In this document: positions 63,685 to 64,000 of the stretch, piece after piece
Position numbering within the stretch: position 1 is the first letter of the stretch
Layout of the letters: each line of letters begins with the position of its first letter
Assembly: GCF_964204645.1 (NCBI RefSeq)
Contig: NC_134031.1
Coordinates: 5,828,001-5,892,000 of the forward strand
From: Tubulanus polymorphus
Taxonomy: Eukaryota > Animalia > Nemertea
Direction of reading: 5' to 3'
Length of the DNA stretch: 64,000 nt
Made by a program: the position numbers and the translations under genes
Notes under the pieces: model-generated
What the model was told of the DNA's origin: nothing
The model's database searches: none
What the model saw: the letters and a program-made list of their open reading frames with translations, nothing else

Positions 63685-64000
63685 GTACAAATATGTAGGA
63701 GAAAAGAAATAAAGTTTTTCATATCCAGTCTCATTTGTTGCCTTACTGCCAAGGTATCAAATATCAAGTCCTCAATTCGGCTTTCTTGATGGTTCATGGC
63801 CACTGTGAACTACCTTCTCACTCCCTCTGAGGTTCTGAGGTACTCGGCATCTGAAATACTCTAAATCCTGATCATCTTTGATTCCTATCTATGGTTAACA
63901 GGCTTACATCTGCCATTGATCTTGACACTTTAAAGCGAGCTGAAAAACATATTTGTTTGGGATTCTGTCGTAAATGATTCACTTGGTGGGTTACGTCTGC

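Noticed and set aside
1-64000. Conserved miRNA hairpins, rRNA, snRNA
   Set aside because: No mature sequence of the common bilaterian families was spotted by eye; an Rfam/MirGeneDB search is needed to exclude them.

Overview
Eukaryotic (invertebrate animal) genomic DNA, AT-rich, with short GT-AG introns; no prokaryotic features. Right half: a complete 23-exon chordin gene on the minus strand (CDS 48441->38942, 979 aa; signal peptide-CR1-4xCHRD-CR2-CR3-CR4) ending in a separately encoded, extremely Lys/Arg-rich tail and carrying intronic tRNA-Leu(TAA) and tRNA-Asp(GTC). Upstream lie an unrecognised 2-exon type I membrane protein gene with a DSGIAS (beta-TrCP-type) degron, a tRNA-Glu(TTC), and the 5' part of a CCDC150-like coiled-coil gene on the + strand. 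Left ~37 kb: no recognisable multi-exon gene except a probable terminal exon of a peptide precursor at 77-198. It holds an apparently identical 1975-bp tandem duplication, several MITE families (Harbinger-like with CWG or TAT target duplications, a CAG..CTG family with 5-bp TSDs, Tigger-like, an 8-bp-TSD fold-back), LINE and SINE remnants, a 73-bp minisatellite inside a MITE, and a palindromic repeat family with Penelope-type minimal hammerhead ribozyme motifs. All gene models were built by eye from splice signals and reading-frame continuity; family assignments rest on recalled motifs, not database searches.
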